The notes beneath the pieces are model-generated. The model made no database searches. It had not been told where the DNA came from and was given only the letters and a program-made list of their open reading frames with translations. Source: Octopus vulgaris (taxonomy: Eukaryota). Taken from it: DNA of 64,000 nucleotides. The stretch spans positions 7,750,001 to 7,814,000 of the forward strand of contig OX597836.1 in assembly GCA_951406725.2 (NCBI GenBank), read 5' to 3'. This document shows positions 13,476-27,049 of this stretch, one piece after another. Both the position numbers and the translations under genes were made by a program. Numbering within the stretch: position 1 is the first letter of the stretch; every line of letters begins with the position of its first letter.

Positions 13476-14179
13476 ATCTTGTCAAATGCTATCTAATGAT
13501 TCGTTGTACCAACCTAAATGGATTAAGAAATCTTTCTGTCAGTTGTTGGAATATTTTCAGTTTGCCATAAATGAATTGAAGTCTGGATGTTATTCAGGAA
13601 TACAGCACAAGCAGACATAAAGACCTAGACTTCAGTTGTGTAATGATGCTAATAATAGTAATGCTTTCAAATTTTGGTACAAGGCCAGCATGTTCAGGGT
13701 AGAGGTTAAGTCAATTACATCAACCCCAGTGTTCAACTGGTACTCATTTTATCGACCCCGAAAGGATAAAGGGCAAAGTCAACCTCGGTGGAAATTGAAC
13801 TCAGAACATAACTAGTACCTCATTCTTTAAAACTCTTATTATTTTATTCTGCTACAACTTAGAACTGTGGTGTAGTGTTTTCCCACAGGGAGTAACATGG
13901 AGACATCCTTGGATTTAATGAATTTTGGATTTAATACTATATAATTATAAATAATTATAATAATACTATACAATAGTAAATAATTATGATAATATTTTTG
14001 GGTAAAGTCATATTCAGCATGTTCAGGTGCACTTGGACGTAAGAAAGCCTGCTGCTGCAAAGCTAGTCCTGGGAGAAAATTATTTTTTTTAGGTTTGTGT
14101 AATAGTACAAGATTGGGTTGTGAATGACATCACTGGATTATACTACACCTGTATTTCCATGTTGTTTGCATTTCTTCAG

Positions 14180-14211
14180 CTATGAATGCCAAATTTATCA
14201 GTCACAGCTTG
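14180..14211 (+). CDS. Predicted 32-nt exon (x-MNAKFISHSL) of an unidentified large-intron gene
   Basis: Acceptor gttgtttgcatttcttcag| and donor TTG|gtaaga. The frame CT ATG AAT GCC AAA TTT ATC AGT CAC AGC TTG ends in phase 0, matching the next exon. The ATG may be internal or the start. Confidence 0.6.
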
Positions 14212-15539
14212 GTAAGAATGAAATAATTGTTCTTGAAATAGCATATGAAACGTATGCTGATGTGTATGTTATAATAATACCATATAAACATGGTTTCAAA
14301 TTTTGACAGAAGGCCAGTAATTTTAGAGGAGAACATTAGTTGATTACAGCAGCCCCAGTTAAGTAATTTGTCTGGTGTGTTATCAGTTCTGCTTGTTCAC
14401 TACCTTAATTATAATAATGATAAGGATTGTTGTTTCAAATTTTGTCATAAAGCCATCAAATTAGGGAAGGTGGTTTGTCAATTACATCAAACCTCATACT
14501 TGATAGGTACTTTATTCTTATTGACCCTGAAAGGATAAAAAGCAAAGTTGACATTGATGGGATTTGAGCTCAGAGCATTAAGAGCCACAAGAAATACTGG
14601 TATATATTTTGCCTGATGTGCTAACAATTCTACCAGCTCACCTATACAGCCCTGAAACTCTCTTGTCTCCCTAATTGCTCTGTGTTTGTTTTGGTATCAC
14701 ACCAAAAGGATTTTCACCAGTTTTACAGAAATCTGCTTTCTCTCCACTTTGCAACAACTATAGTTCTGTTTTGCAGTCTCTGGCTTATGGTCATACTGGA
14801 GCAGTACTGTCAATATGTGATTTTCAATTGCTAAAATCAGTCTTGAAACAGCATTTCTAATTTGGGTCATCATCATCATTATTTAACGTTCATGTTTCAT
14901 GCTGGCATGGGTTGGACAGTTCAACAGGAACTGGCTCATTCAGGGACTGCATCATGCCTCACTCTCCTCTTTGGCATGGTTTCTATGACTGGCTGCCCTT
15001 CCTAATGCTAACCACTTTACAACATGTACTGTGTGCTTTTTTTCATGCCACCAGTGCTTGTGCAGTTGCCATGCACCTTGCAAGACTACAAACTCTGGGA
15101 AAGGCAATTTAATGCTAGAAGAGGGGTTAAAGTATGAGAGAAAGTGCCAGAGCAGAACAATTTTCTTGTTTTGGAGGGACCACATAGCTACTTGCATTTT
15201 AGCCATTGGGTCATATCTGACCCAAATATTCTACCCATTTTGTGTGAAAGCTAACCAGATCTGGCCTTTCTTATCTGTTGTACAATGTCTTTCTAAAAAT
15301 AGACAACTACATCATCAAACATCAAAACCTCAAAGCTACAAGGAAATGCATGATTGATTCAAAACAATGTGAATAAATAAGCATTACATATGACAAAATA
15401 ATTTGAATGCTAAAGGTTTAAATGTGAAGATGGGGAAGGTTGGTCAGGGAGGAACTGTGAAGAGATAAAAGGTACCTGTGTAGACCCTCAAGGTATGAAG
15501 GTTATCCTCATACCTGGGTTGCGCTCTTCTGCAAGCTCC

Positions 15540-16330
15540 ATCCACATCAAATGATAAGTACATCTTTATACAGCTGTCCTTATTCATACGCATCACATGT
15601 CCATACCAGCACACTCTTCTTTCTTATGCACCACATTTAATCCCTTGGGTGTTGCTGAGAATTGCATATTGCCAGTCATCTTGATCCCTTGTCAGGGACC
15701 AGGATGACTGAGATCAACCTTCACCACTTCACCCCATATCTTTCTGAGTTTCCCTCTTCCACAAGCTCCATCTACATGATCATCACTTCTCTATACAGCT
15801 GTTCTCATCCATATGCATCACATAGCCATACCAGCTTAGTCTTCTTACTTAATTAAACACACATCTGATTCCTCCTGGGTGTTCTTGAGAACCACCCCTC
15901 ACCAGCCATCGTGGTCCTTTGTCATCTCCAAGAGATTCAAGATCCTGAAATCAGCCTTCACCACTCCATCTCATGTCTTCCTGGGTCTCCCTTTTCTGCA
16001 ACCCCAATCCACGTTAAACGATGAGCCCTTCTTTATACAGCTGTCCTCATTCATAAACATCACATGTCCATACCAGCACAGTCTTCTTTCTTGCACATGA
16101 CCTCCATTAACTCTTGGATTGTCTTGAGAACTGCATATTGCCAATCATCTTAGTCTCTTGACATCTCCGCTGAGTGTTCAGCCTTCACTTTGTCCCATCT
16201 CTCCTCGGGTCTCCCCCTTCTGCAAGCTCCTTCATTAAACGATGAGCCCTTTATACAGCTGTCCTCATCCATCCATACACACACATCACATGCCCATACT
16301 CGTGCATATGACATCTGATACCTCTTAATT
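15540..16330 (-). mobile_element. Four tandem RTE-type 3' fragments (~230-bp period)
   Basis: tatacagctgt(c/t)ct...atcacat(g/a)...ccatac repeats near 15567, 15792, 16034 and 16252; the first copy reads WYGHVMRMNKDSCIK on the minus strand. Confidence 0.7.
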
Positions 16331-18384
16331 GTTCTCTAATGAGCCAGATAATTACTTACTTTTTCTTTTTACCCTCCACCCTAGCTATAGATTACATTAT
16401 TCTACTGATACAGATATGGATGTGGAACTATTTTGCAACTATTTCCTGTATTTTTCTGTATTGTTTCCTTTTTTTTATATATACCACCTCTGTTCTACAT
16501 TGAGATGGGAGTGATCAAAGTTGATTAAAGAAACACACAGAGGTGTTTAGTAAAATACCCCTCTCACACACACACACACATATAGTATGTGTTTTGTGTA
16601 TGTGAGAAGGAAAGAAAGCAATAGATATAATATGCTTTTTGTTCTATTAAGTTTAGATAAACAGCAGTTTAAAACTTTATCTGAATGGCTTTATTATTTT
16701 TTTTATATTTCTTATCGTAATGTCATTCATTTGATACTGATAAAATAGAAGCTGTTGGGCGGTGGGTGGGGTTGTTGTGCATATATATTTTTATCAAATT
16801 TATTATTGTTGTTGTTGTTGTTATTATTGTTACACTGTACTGAGTGTTATAATAGGTAGCAAGCAATAGCTAGGAAGGTGATTAAAATGCCCTCCCTCCC
16901 TCACTCACCTATCCACTCACACCTCCATCTTAATGCCAACTAAAGAGAGAATGATAGATAGAGAGAGAGGGAGGGGGAGGGAGAGGCTTATTTGTCTAAG
17001 AAGCTATTTATAGGGTTACTAAATACCAAACCTAGCAAGCCAAGAGTCTGGTACATACATCAGAATGTTATTTTTCTTAACAGCTCATTATCATTCTAAA
17101 ATAAAAGCTTCATTTTTTTGAATCAAAATTCTTGTGTTTTTCCTGTCCATGCCCAAAGCAAGCAGTCGGAATAATTCGCAATAAAACTAAAGCCAGTCAT
17201 ATCTCTCCTTTCTTGCGCACATGAAGCATGAGATTGGATCAGAAATCAGGTGTCGAAACACATTTGGTTGGTTGAAATACGTATATATTATTGTCGTTGC
17301 TGTTGTTGTTGTTGGTTCAAACATATATTGTTGTTTGTTTCTGATGTAAAGTTGGTAGTGCATTGGATAAAATGTCTTGTGGCTATTTGTTCCAACCCTT
17401 GGCATTCTGAGTTCAAATTCTGCTGTGATTGACAGACACTGCCTTTCCTCCTTTTTTATTTTTTGTCTTTTATCTTTTTCTCGTTTCAGTCATTAGGCTA
17501 TGGTTAAGCTGGAGCGCCACTTTGAAAAGTTTTCGTCAAAGAAATCACCTCCAGTATTTATTTTTTAAATACTGGTGCTTAAGCTGTCTGTTTCTTTTGA
17601 TTTTTGCTAAACCATGAAGTTGTAGGGGATGGTGAAAAAAAAAAAATACTGCTAAGCATTTCGCCCAGCGTGCTAACGTTTCTGCCAGCATCACCGTCAC
17701 TTCATTACTACCACCAGCATCATATTAGTACACACTGTACAATATATACTAGAGAGGCATCTGACTGCAGAAAGTCTGCTTCATTAAATGCCATCTGACC
17801 TATGCAAATACGGAAAAATGAATGTTGTGATGATGATGATCTGCTTTCTGAGTTCAGATCCGGCCTGAATCAACATTACCTTTTGTCCTTCCAAATTTGA
17901 TAAAACAAGTCCCGGTCAGGTACTGGCAGTCAATATATTCACTGACCCTGCTCCTTCTAACTCTTGACCTTGTATCTAAGAAACCATTATTTTTGTTATT
18001 GTTGTTATTATTTATGTTAAAAGAAAAAAATTGGTGGTGTTGTTTAACCCCAGGTCAAACCCTGTTGAGGCAGTGATCTATGATCAAAGACTGAAATACA
18101 TTCCAGCCAGGTCAATGTTTCTTTCATGGAATATCATGGAGTGTATTATCTGCTCGCATTCTACAGTCATAAGGATTCATAAGGTGGAATTTGAGGGGAA
18201 ATTTAGCTGCTATTTTTTGCAGCTTAAGCTGACATATAAAGGCTTTCTCATGGCTTATTGTTGTTGCTGTTATTGTTACTTCTGTTTTGTGACTTCCCAG
18301 CTGTTTTACTGATAATAGACCAGTCATGTTTCCCAACCTTGGTACCAGATTTTTTTTTGTTATATTTCAGCATGCCCTGAATAA

Positions 18385-18700
18385 CAAATGTGTGTGTGTG
18401 TGTGCATATTATGATTGACCAGAGTATTGGATGTTATTGTACATTGCTGGTTACAATGTGCTTTGCATTGTTTTAGCTTTCAAATGATGCCACCCCACTG
18501 GCAAGGTAAGCAGGCCAACAGTTCCTACCCTGATCGGAAGACTAGTCCATTGCAGGGTTGCCCACTTACAGCTGAGTGGACTGGGGCAATTATGAAATGA
18601 AAGGTTTTCCTCAAGAATACAATGCACCTCACTGTCTGGAAATCAAACCCACAATCTAGCAATTGTGTGTGCAACACCCTAACCACTTGGGTATGCCCCT
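18385..18700 (-). mobile_element. tRNA-derived SINE family E (second copy 53100-53295)
   Basis: Both copies share tccattgcag...acagctgagtggactgg...aaatga...ctcaagaat..aatgcac...ccacaatct...gtgcaac..cta(a/g)ccac. Confidence 0.7.
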
Positions 18701-21209
18701 TCACATGTATATGTGTGTGTACTCTAATATGTTGTTATCATAAGGTTAGCATGCAGGGCAAAATGCTTAGCGGTATTTCATCTGTCTTTACATTTAAGTT
18801 TGCCTTTCATCCTTTTGTGGTTGATAAATTAAGTACCAGTTGCATACTGAGGTCGATCTAATCGACTGGCCCCATCCCCAGAAATTTTGGGCCTTGTGCC
18901 AGGAATAGAAAAGAATATGTTGTCATCACCAGCATTTTCTTCTTTTCAACTCTTCCTTCCCACCCTTATATAATGTGAATTTGGCCATGTACCTCCTCTA
19001 TAGCAAAACACCTCTGCCTATCATTTTATCACACTCTAGCCTCTCAATGCCCAACATAATGCCACCTGCCTCTCTACAGCTACCCGACTCAGTCAAAGAT
19101 CTTTTCTTCATTTGGTGAGTTTCTTGGTTGACCCCATTAGTGCTGGTATCACAAAATATGCAGCCAATACACTTTGTTAAGTGAGTGGCACCAAGAAAGG
19201 CATTCAGCCGTTGAATCTCTGTGACAACAAACATGGGAGCTCAATGCAGTCCTCCACCTCACTGGATTCTGCCAAACCATCCAATCCATTTTAAAACTGA
19301 AGATGGGCATGAAATGATGATATATATACCATAATTGATGGTATATAAAATGCATTTTCTTTAACAAAAAATCAAAAGGGGTGCAAAAAAATATCATCCT
19401 GGGTTCTGTATGTAATGTTGGGTTCATATAACATCCTTTAATGCAATAAAAACTGAATATGCCACTGTTGAAATTGGGATACATGTGTGTGTATGTGTGT
19501 GCATGCATGTGTGTCTCTGCATGTGCATGCATGGGCATCTGTGAATGCACAGGCATGTGTGTGTGTGTGTGTGTGTGCGTGCAGTATATTTGAATATCTC
19601 AGATTTCTTTTTGAAAATTCTGTAATATTGAGCTCCTTGTTGATTATCTCAGAAAAAAAAAAGACAGCCCTATTGATTTGAGAATAAAATTTTAAAACCA
19701 TGTACAATGCAAGAAAGATAAATTATAAGAAGACTATGTCAGAAGTCCTACGTTATTGCAATACTTAAATGAATCTAATTGGCATCGAAATATTTACCAT
19801 GGTTGTTCTAAATTATTGCGAAACTCATATGAACGTTACATTGAAACATTTACTGCGATAGCCCTGTATTATTGCAAAAAATAAATTAATGTAATTAAGA
19901 CTGAACATTTACAGCATGGAAGCCAAGTTGTAGTTGCACAAAAACATTGAAGTTTTCTTGTTTTCTTTTCTTTTGTTTTTTCTTTTGTTTTTACATAAAG
20001 ACAATCAACATTATCTTCTATGTTACAATACATCTGCAGTTCCTCGCAGTGCTGTTTACTATCTCCTGTTTGCCATGTTGTAGGGACAGTGTTAAAACAC
20101 ATTATTCCAATATCTCCTGTTGTTTTTCTGCCAGTATTATCTCCCCGAATGTTTCTATTACGTCAGATGCAACCTTTGCTGATAATCCGTACATTTGTCT
20201 TGTTTCTGCTTCCGTTTATCTATGTTCTATATCTCTTCTGCTCTGTAGCAGAAATGTTTCTGCTTGAAAGTGTATAGGCCAGGGCTGAGGGACCTTCTGG
20301 CCTCTCAGGCGCTTAGGTGTGGACTTCCGGAAAAATTCTGAAGTTTGCATTATGAAAAAGATAGCAAAAAATAAAACAGATCTATTAATCTTTCATCTTT
20401 TACTTGCTTCAGTCATTGGACTCCTGAACTTTTTTAAGATAGATACTTATTCTAACAGTCTATCATGCTGAACCACCAAGTTATGGGGGCATAAACAAAC
20501 CAACACAGTTGTCAAGCAGTACTGGGGGTCAGCTGTCAGGCGGTAGTGGAGGACAAATGCAGACATGAAGATGCACACATACACATATCTGTCTGTGTGT
20601 ATATAAATATATATATATATATATGATGAGCTTCTTTCAGTTTCCATCTACAAAATCCACAAGGCTTTGGTTGGCTTGAGGTTATTGCAGAAGACACTTG
20701 CCCAAGGTACCATGCCGTGGGGACTGAACCCTGAACCATGTGGTTGTGAAACAAACTTCTTACCACATAGCCAACCTGCACCTTTTTGCTAAAAGCATAA
20801 TAATATATTTATTCTAACATTGTTAAGTTATTTAAAAATAAAAATTTAAATAGTTACTCTCAGTTTCTATTTCTTACTCTAATATTTTTAATTATATTTT
20901 CTCAATAATTATAATTACATATTCTCGTACCATCCTCCTCTTCATCATCATCATCATCATAATGTTCACTTTTTCACACTTGCATGACTGGTGCAGATTT
21001 TCTATGACGGGTTGCTCTTCCTGTTGCCTACACTTACCTGTTTCCAAGCAAGGTTAATATTTCCCTATGGCCACATGTCTTTTGCAAAATATAGGAAATG
21101 AGTGATGTCCATTTACAATAATCATGTGATGTCGAGAGAAAGAGACGCAAACATTCTCACACTCACTCACACATACATATATGCATGCATGCAAACACAT
21201 ACACACACA

Positions 21210-21364
21210 CTTTATTTTCGGGTTAACAAGGCTACCATTGGTTTCATGCCAAGAATTCTCATCCAAGATGAAAACAAGTATCAATGTCCCATGTGGCAGG
21301 CTTGATAATTGCTAAGAATCTTCTGCATGAAACCAATGGTAGCCTTGTTAACCCCAAAATAAAG
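21210..21364. mobile_element. Fold-back element, 40-bp inverted arms (Penelope-like inverted terminus)
   Basis: 21210-21249 is the reverse complement of 21325-21364 with 1 mismatch. Confidence 0.7.
21298..21345 (+). ncRNA. Type I hammerhead-ribozyme-like motif, U3-A8 variant
   Basis: AGGC-UUGAUAA-UUGC..GCAU-GAAA-CC-AAU-GG-U-A-GCCU: stems I, II and III all pair; cleavage triplet GUA. Confidence 0.55.
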
Positions 21365-21919
21365 ACTATCCACCAATGTGTTGTTGACCACTCATCCTTA
21401 CTGTTCAATACTAGTGTGAGTGTGTGTGTGTATATATATATATGTATATGATGATGATGATAATACACACACACATACACACACCTATGATAGGCTTTTA
21501 TTTTCCCAAGGTGCGGGCTCAGCCCACCTAGGGTGAATGCTGCTGCAAGTGTACACACACACAGGTATAAGGATTTAGTTTAACAAATTGAACCCAATAC
21601 TTATTATTATGATGGTTTTTTAAAGTCTGGTACTTATTTCATAAATCTCTTTTGCTGAACTGTCAAGTTACAAGGATGTAAACATACCAACACTGGTTGT
21701 GAAGCAGTAGGTGGGTGACAAAGACAAATGCAAAGGCACACACATACATATTACAGGCTCCTACTCAGTTTCTATCTACCATGTCTTCTTTCAAATCAAT
21801 GGTCAGCTGGGAGCTTACATAGAAGCCATTTGCCCTTGGTGCCAAGCGCTGGGACTGAACCTGAAACCATGTGGTTGCAAAGTTAGCTTTTTATCTAGAC
21901 ATCCATGCCTGAAAACATG

Positions 21920-21972
<53 letters not shown>

Positions 21973-22149
21973 TCATTCATCACGCTTTCATCTACCAACT
22001 TGCTTTAATTGCTGTACCACGGGATTGAACTTGGGACTACATAGCTGAAGAAGCTTGCTTACCTGTCACACAACCCAACCCAGTAATCTTTGCTATGTAC
22101 ATCATCAACCATCACCAAGATCCCTTAACTGATGCAAGTCAGTCATTGG

Positions 22150-22580
22150 GGCATCACTCCAGGCAATTTCATAGTCAGCCATTGTCATTGGTCTCTCTTC
22201 TCTGCCTAGTAAGGTTCCCTATATTTTCTCTGCCTCTCGTTCACCCTCCCCGAAGAATTGTTTTGGACGGGGAATTGTATTGGGGCACATGACCATACCA
22301 GGCAAGCTTTTGTCTTTTTATCTGAACAAGAGTGGTTCCTGTCTGCCAGCATATTTGTTGTCTTGCTGTCTGACAAAGCTGTTCATTTTGTGCTCCGTGT
22401 ACAAGACATGTAATCGCCTTCTGAAGCACTTGTGCTCTAATGCCAGGATTTTTTGCTCTGTCAGCTGTAAGAGTCCAGTTCTCATACACATCAGGGTCTT
22501 GCACACTCTGCGTCTTGTTGGAAAAAAACTAATGGAATTTCGTTTCCATATGTTCTTTTTAACTTCATTGCCATGTACAT
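22150..22580 (-). mobile_element. Decayed RTE-clade LINE, RT C-terminal region
   Basis: Frameshifted NIWKRNSIS..TRRRVCKTL / YENWTLTA / ILALEHKCFRRRL / KRQKLAWYGHV motifs. Confidence 0.8.
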
Positions 22581-23171
22581 CTGAATTTAAAACAAAATAA
22601 AAAAAGTTAACTTCCATTGTCAGTAGATAACATATGTTGTATGTAATGGCTCGTTTAGTAAATGTTGTAACTAATCTAATCAGTAACTTGTTATCTTCTT
22701 AAGGAAAGGATTGGTGAATCTCTCTCCCTCCCTCCCTCACTCACTCCTTTTACATCCACCATTAACACTACCCTGATTCTGCTGATTTCTTTAGTTATAT
22801 AAAGTTAAAGTTCTTTTAATTGACCTGATAAATGTTTTCTATTCAGAGTACAAAATACATAATTCATATATATATATATGAACATACAATTGGGCGTGCA
22901 TGTTTGTGCGTGCTTGTGTGTGTATATATATGTGTGTATTTATGTGTTTGTATGTTGGGTAATGTAAACAGGATAATAGTCAAAATATGTGTGTGTATAC
23001 ATATATATACGTAGGTGCAGACATTGGCTGTGTGGTAAGAAATTTGCTTCCTAACCACGTGGTTCTGAGTTAGCCAGTCAAATAACTGAAATGTATAAAA
23101 GAGTATATGTATGTGTGTGTGTGTGTGTGTATATGTATGTGTATGTATATATGTATGTAATGCACGTATGT

Positions 23172-23214
<43 letters not shown>

Positions 23215-23341
23215 CTTACACACACACATATATATATATACACACATATATACATACTTACACACACATATATACATATATATACATATATATACATACA
23301 CATGTATATATGCATATATATATATACACATATATATTTAT

Positions 23342-23382
<41 letters not shown>

Positions 23383-23383
<1 letters not shown>

Positions 23384-23730
23384 CATCATCATCATTTAAC
23401 GTCCGTTTTCCATGCTAGCATGGGTTGGACGGTTTGACCGGGGTCTGGGAAGCCAGGAGGCTGCAACAGGCTCCAGTCTGATCTAGCAGTGTTTCTACAG
23501 CTGGATGCCCTTCCTAACGCCAACCACTCCGTGAGTGTAATGTGTGTTTTTTACATGCCACCGGCACAGGGGGCTGGAAAACGGCCACGATCGGTTGGTG
23601 CTTTTATGTGTCACCGACAAGGACGCCTGTCAGGTGGCGCTGGCATCTGCCACGTCCAGACGGTGCTTTTTACATGTCACCAGCACGGGTGTCTTAACTA
23701 CAATTTCCATTTGATTTTTATTTTGATGTT
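23383..23730 (-). mobile_element. SINE family C with (GAT)n tail (also 25905-26255, 38472-38620, 5000-5215, 8055-8520, 14870-15075, 40215-40410, 60585-60765)
   Basis: Shared ggcgttaggaagggcatccagctgtag...ccaacccatgctagcatggaaaacggacgttaaa(tga)n. Confidence 0.85.
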
Positions 23731-23903
23731 GGATATATATATATATTTATTACATATATACATACACATATACACACACATATATATATATACATACATA
23801 TATATATGTACACACATATACATATATATATATATACATACATATGTACACACATATATATATATATACATATATATATGTACACACACATACACACACA
23901 TGC

Positions 23904-23934
<31 letters not shown>

Positions 23935-23939
23935 CTTCG

Positions 23940-24195
23940 TTTTGAGATCACCAATACTTTATTATCTCCCCTTCTTCCTAGCTCTCATGTCTAACTACCT
24001 TTGTTCAGCCATTCACCATAATTAGCTGCTACCTCCGCCCCCAAATTTTTTTATTTCCTTGTGTTCCTTTCTGTTGAAGTGCATAGGCTCGAAACTTAAA
24101 AGACTTTCTCACCTTCGTGAGTGTCAAACTAATATACCTGCTTGTTGTTTATACACCTGTCTTCATCTTTCGTTTTTCTATAAATTTCAACTATA
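23940..24195 (+). mobile_element. Penelope-like terminal repeat fragment with degenerate hammerhead motif (24067-24102)
   Basis: CUUU-CUGUUGA-A-GUGC-AUAG-GCUC-GAAAC-UUA-AAAG; same layout as 52466-52660; embedded in (TA/CA)n. Confidence 0.55.
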
Positions 24196-25501
24196 CACAC
24201 ACACACACACACACATATGTAGTAGCAAAAAAGGAAGAAAAGAATTTCGATTATCCCCACGTAGTTAGTTGTAATGTGAAAAAGATATTTATAGTATAAA
24301 AAAAGGAAAATGCACACAGTTTACATAGTTTTAATATATTTTATAAGTGAAAGAGTATTGTATTTAATGATCAGTTTCACTTTTGCTAATAGTAACTTTG
24401 AAAATATAGTAATTTCATGTAAACTGTGCATTTTCGTTCTTTTATTCTATATATATATATATATATATATTAGCATTAGCTTGTTTTAGTTATCAGACTG
24501 CAGCCATGCTGGGTCATCACTTTGAATTGTTTAGCCAAACAAATTGATCTCAGTACTTACTTTTCAGTTCTTTTTACTGAACTAAGTTAAGAGGTCGTAA
24601 ACAAACCAACACTAGTTGTCAAGTGATGGTATGGACAAACACATACAATCCCAGCATGTCCACAATCTAACGAGTGAAACAAGTAAAAAATAAAAAATTA
24701 TACTTCTTCTGTTTTACCTTTTTTGTGTGTGAGTGTGGTGTGCCTGGGGAGGGTGTGCATTGGGTTTGTGTTCTGACCCTTTACTTTAACAAAAAAAGTT
24801 TATAAACAAACAACCATTCTGTGTTTTGTTTTTGTTAGAATTCCTTAGATAGGCAGCTATATATGCTCTGTAGACAAATATTATCTCCTGGCTTTGGTTA
24901 CATTTGCAGTTGGCTGCTAACTACACTAGGCTGGGTTCCGCCCTCACACAAGTAATAATAATAATGATGATGATGATGGTAATGATAATAACTATAATAA
25001 AGTCTTTATATACATTGTTGGTTGTTGCCTTTACTGTAAATGTATATATAGGCATCGTTTGATGACATAAAAGCTCAGTAATTCTTGATTAGTGGCCGTT
25101 CTTAATCTGACAATTTCTGCTAGAATTTATTCTGAGATGCAGGGAGGGGAAGTAAGGAAAACAAAATCAAACAATTGGAGTAATGCATGGTCTAATTCCA
25201 ACATTTGTATGCATACGCATATATATATATATATGTATGTATGTATGTATGTATACACACACATGTATATATGAAGCTGTCTGCAAAGCTTAAGTGTTTG
25301 GCTTTGCTCCATGCTATCCCCACCCCCACCCACTTCTATTCGGATTGCACTCCCCGTCACTATCTCATTGCTACTCTTTATTTTCTTTGTATAATTCTAC
25401 ATAAGTAATATTACAATAAATCCCATTTTTTTTTTCCCAAATATTACTGTTATTGTTATACGGATGGACTAAAAGATTGAGAACTGATAAAAGATTTGAA
25501 T

Positions 25502-26613
25502 CAGTGGTTCTCAACCATTTTTTTTATCTATGGGCTTCTTTGTTTACTGTTTTATTCTGGTGGACCCCCTCCCCATAGCCATCCAATGTTTAAAAACTAA
25601 TTTTCTTGATACTGCTTTCAAAATTCCTCTTTTCTTATACACTCATTCATTTAGATAGGATGAAATATGTAAAATGTCAGAGAAAAAGACTTATCTGTTT
25701 CTTGCAATAAATACATTTGAATTAACACTTTACAAAGACCAGGTGAAACAGCTGGTTAGAAAATCTCTATAAGGGATGAAAGAAGTAGCAACAAACGTTA
25801 CTTCTCAGTATAGTTAATACTTTCCTCTTTTATAGAGATTTTCTAACTGGCTACTTTGCTTGTTGCTGGATCAGTGACTGATTGTCACTTATTTTTCTAT
25901 TATAGTACATCAAAATAAAAATCAAATGGAAATTGTAGTTGTGATACCTGTGCCAATGGCATGTAAAAAGCCCCATCCGGACGTGGCCGATGCCAGCACT
26001 GCCTTAATTGACATCCATGCCGGTGGCACGTAAAAAGCACCAACCAATTGTGGCCATTACCATCCTCCTCAGGTTCCTGTGCTGGTGGTACGTAAAGAGC
26101 ACCCACTACACTCACGGAGTGGTTGGCATTAGGAAGGGCATCCAGCTGTAGAGACACTGCCAGATCAGACTGAAGCCTGGTGTAGCATCCTGGCATCCCA
26201 GACCCCAGTTGAACTGTCCAATGAAAACAGACGTTAAACGATGATGATGATGATATTGCGAGCTGGAGCAAACTACTGTTATCTCCAGCAGGCAGGTGTC
26301 CAGCTCTGAGGATGGGCAAAATTACTCAGAACCAGATGGTCTGATGGTCCTGTGAAGATGCTGGAAGATGGTACGGGTTCACTCTTCTGCTTGCAATATA
26401 TGTTGGATGCAGATTGCATTGATAACCAGCTGGAGGAAGCTTCCTCTTGAGGTTAAAAATGGTTGTAATGTTGGTTTGTATGGAACAATCATGGTGAAGT
26501 GGCAACAAATATTACTTTTCATGGACCCTTAAAATACTACAGCGGATGTCTAATTGACTATTTTGCTAGTGTGGACTCCCAGGGGTCATATGAGTCCCGA
26601 TTGAGAACCACTT
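25502..26613. mobile_element. hAT-like MITE carrying nested insertions (fold-back piece, SINE C, LINE remnant); partial related copy from ~49117
   Basis: TIRs cagtggttctcaa ... ttgagaaccact; internal sequence matches 49117-49340. Confidence 0.7.
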
Positions 26614-27013
26614 CTTGAAATAACAAAATATATTGCTGCTATTGCCATCTGAGCATCAAAACCAAGCATACTTTGAAGGGATATATTCTGTTCGAGCTAT
26701 GTCCCTTTATGCTGAGATGGATTTAGTTATTAAGTAAATAGAGGTTGATAAAGTAAGTACCAAACCACACTAAATATACTAAAACCCCTTTGAAAAGATG
26801 CCTCAGCATGGCCTCTAACCACTGTCCAAAGACCGACAATACCAAAAGAAAATATATAGGAGCAGATGTGGTTATGTTGTAAGAAGTTTGCTTCCTGACT
26901 ACATGGTGCTGGGTTCAGCCCCATTGCATGGCACCTTGGGCAGTGCCTTCTACTATAGCCCCAGGCTATCTAAAGTCTTGTGAGTATATTTGGTAGACAA
27001 GACTGAAAGGAGC

Positions 27014-27049
<36 letters not shown>

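Noticed and set aside
14018-14038. 21-nt candidate microexon ending GAC|gtaaga
   Set aside because: The acceptor lacks a polypyrimidine tract and there is no other support.
20217-20337. Apparent minus-strand terminal exon (FFRKSTPKRLRGQKVPQPW...)
   Set aside because: No partner exon found; cagggctgaggg at ~20280 resembles a hAT-type end.
22507-22580. Apparent minus-strand exon (MYMAMKLKRTYGNEIPLVFFQQDAE) with a good acceptor
   Set aside because: Another frame continues the RTE LINE motif (IWKRNSIS..TRRRVCKTL), and the donor is poor.
25740-25865. Inverted arms (gttagaaaatctctataa / ttatagagattttctaac) with GAAACAGCUG, a possible fifth hammerhead
   Set aside because: No recognisable CUGANGA-type core or stem I; too decayed to call.
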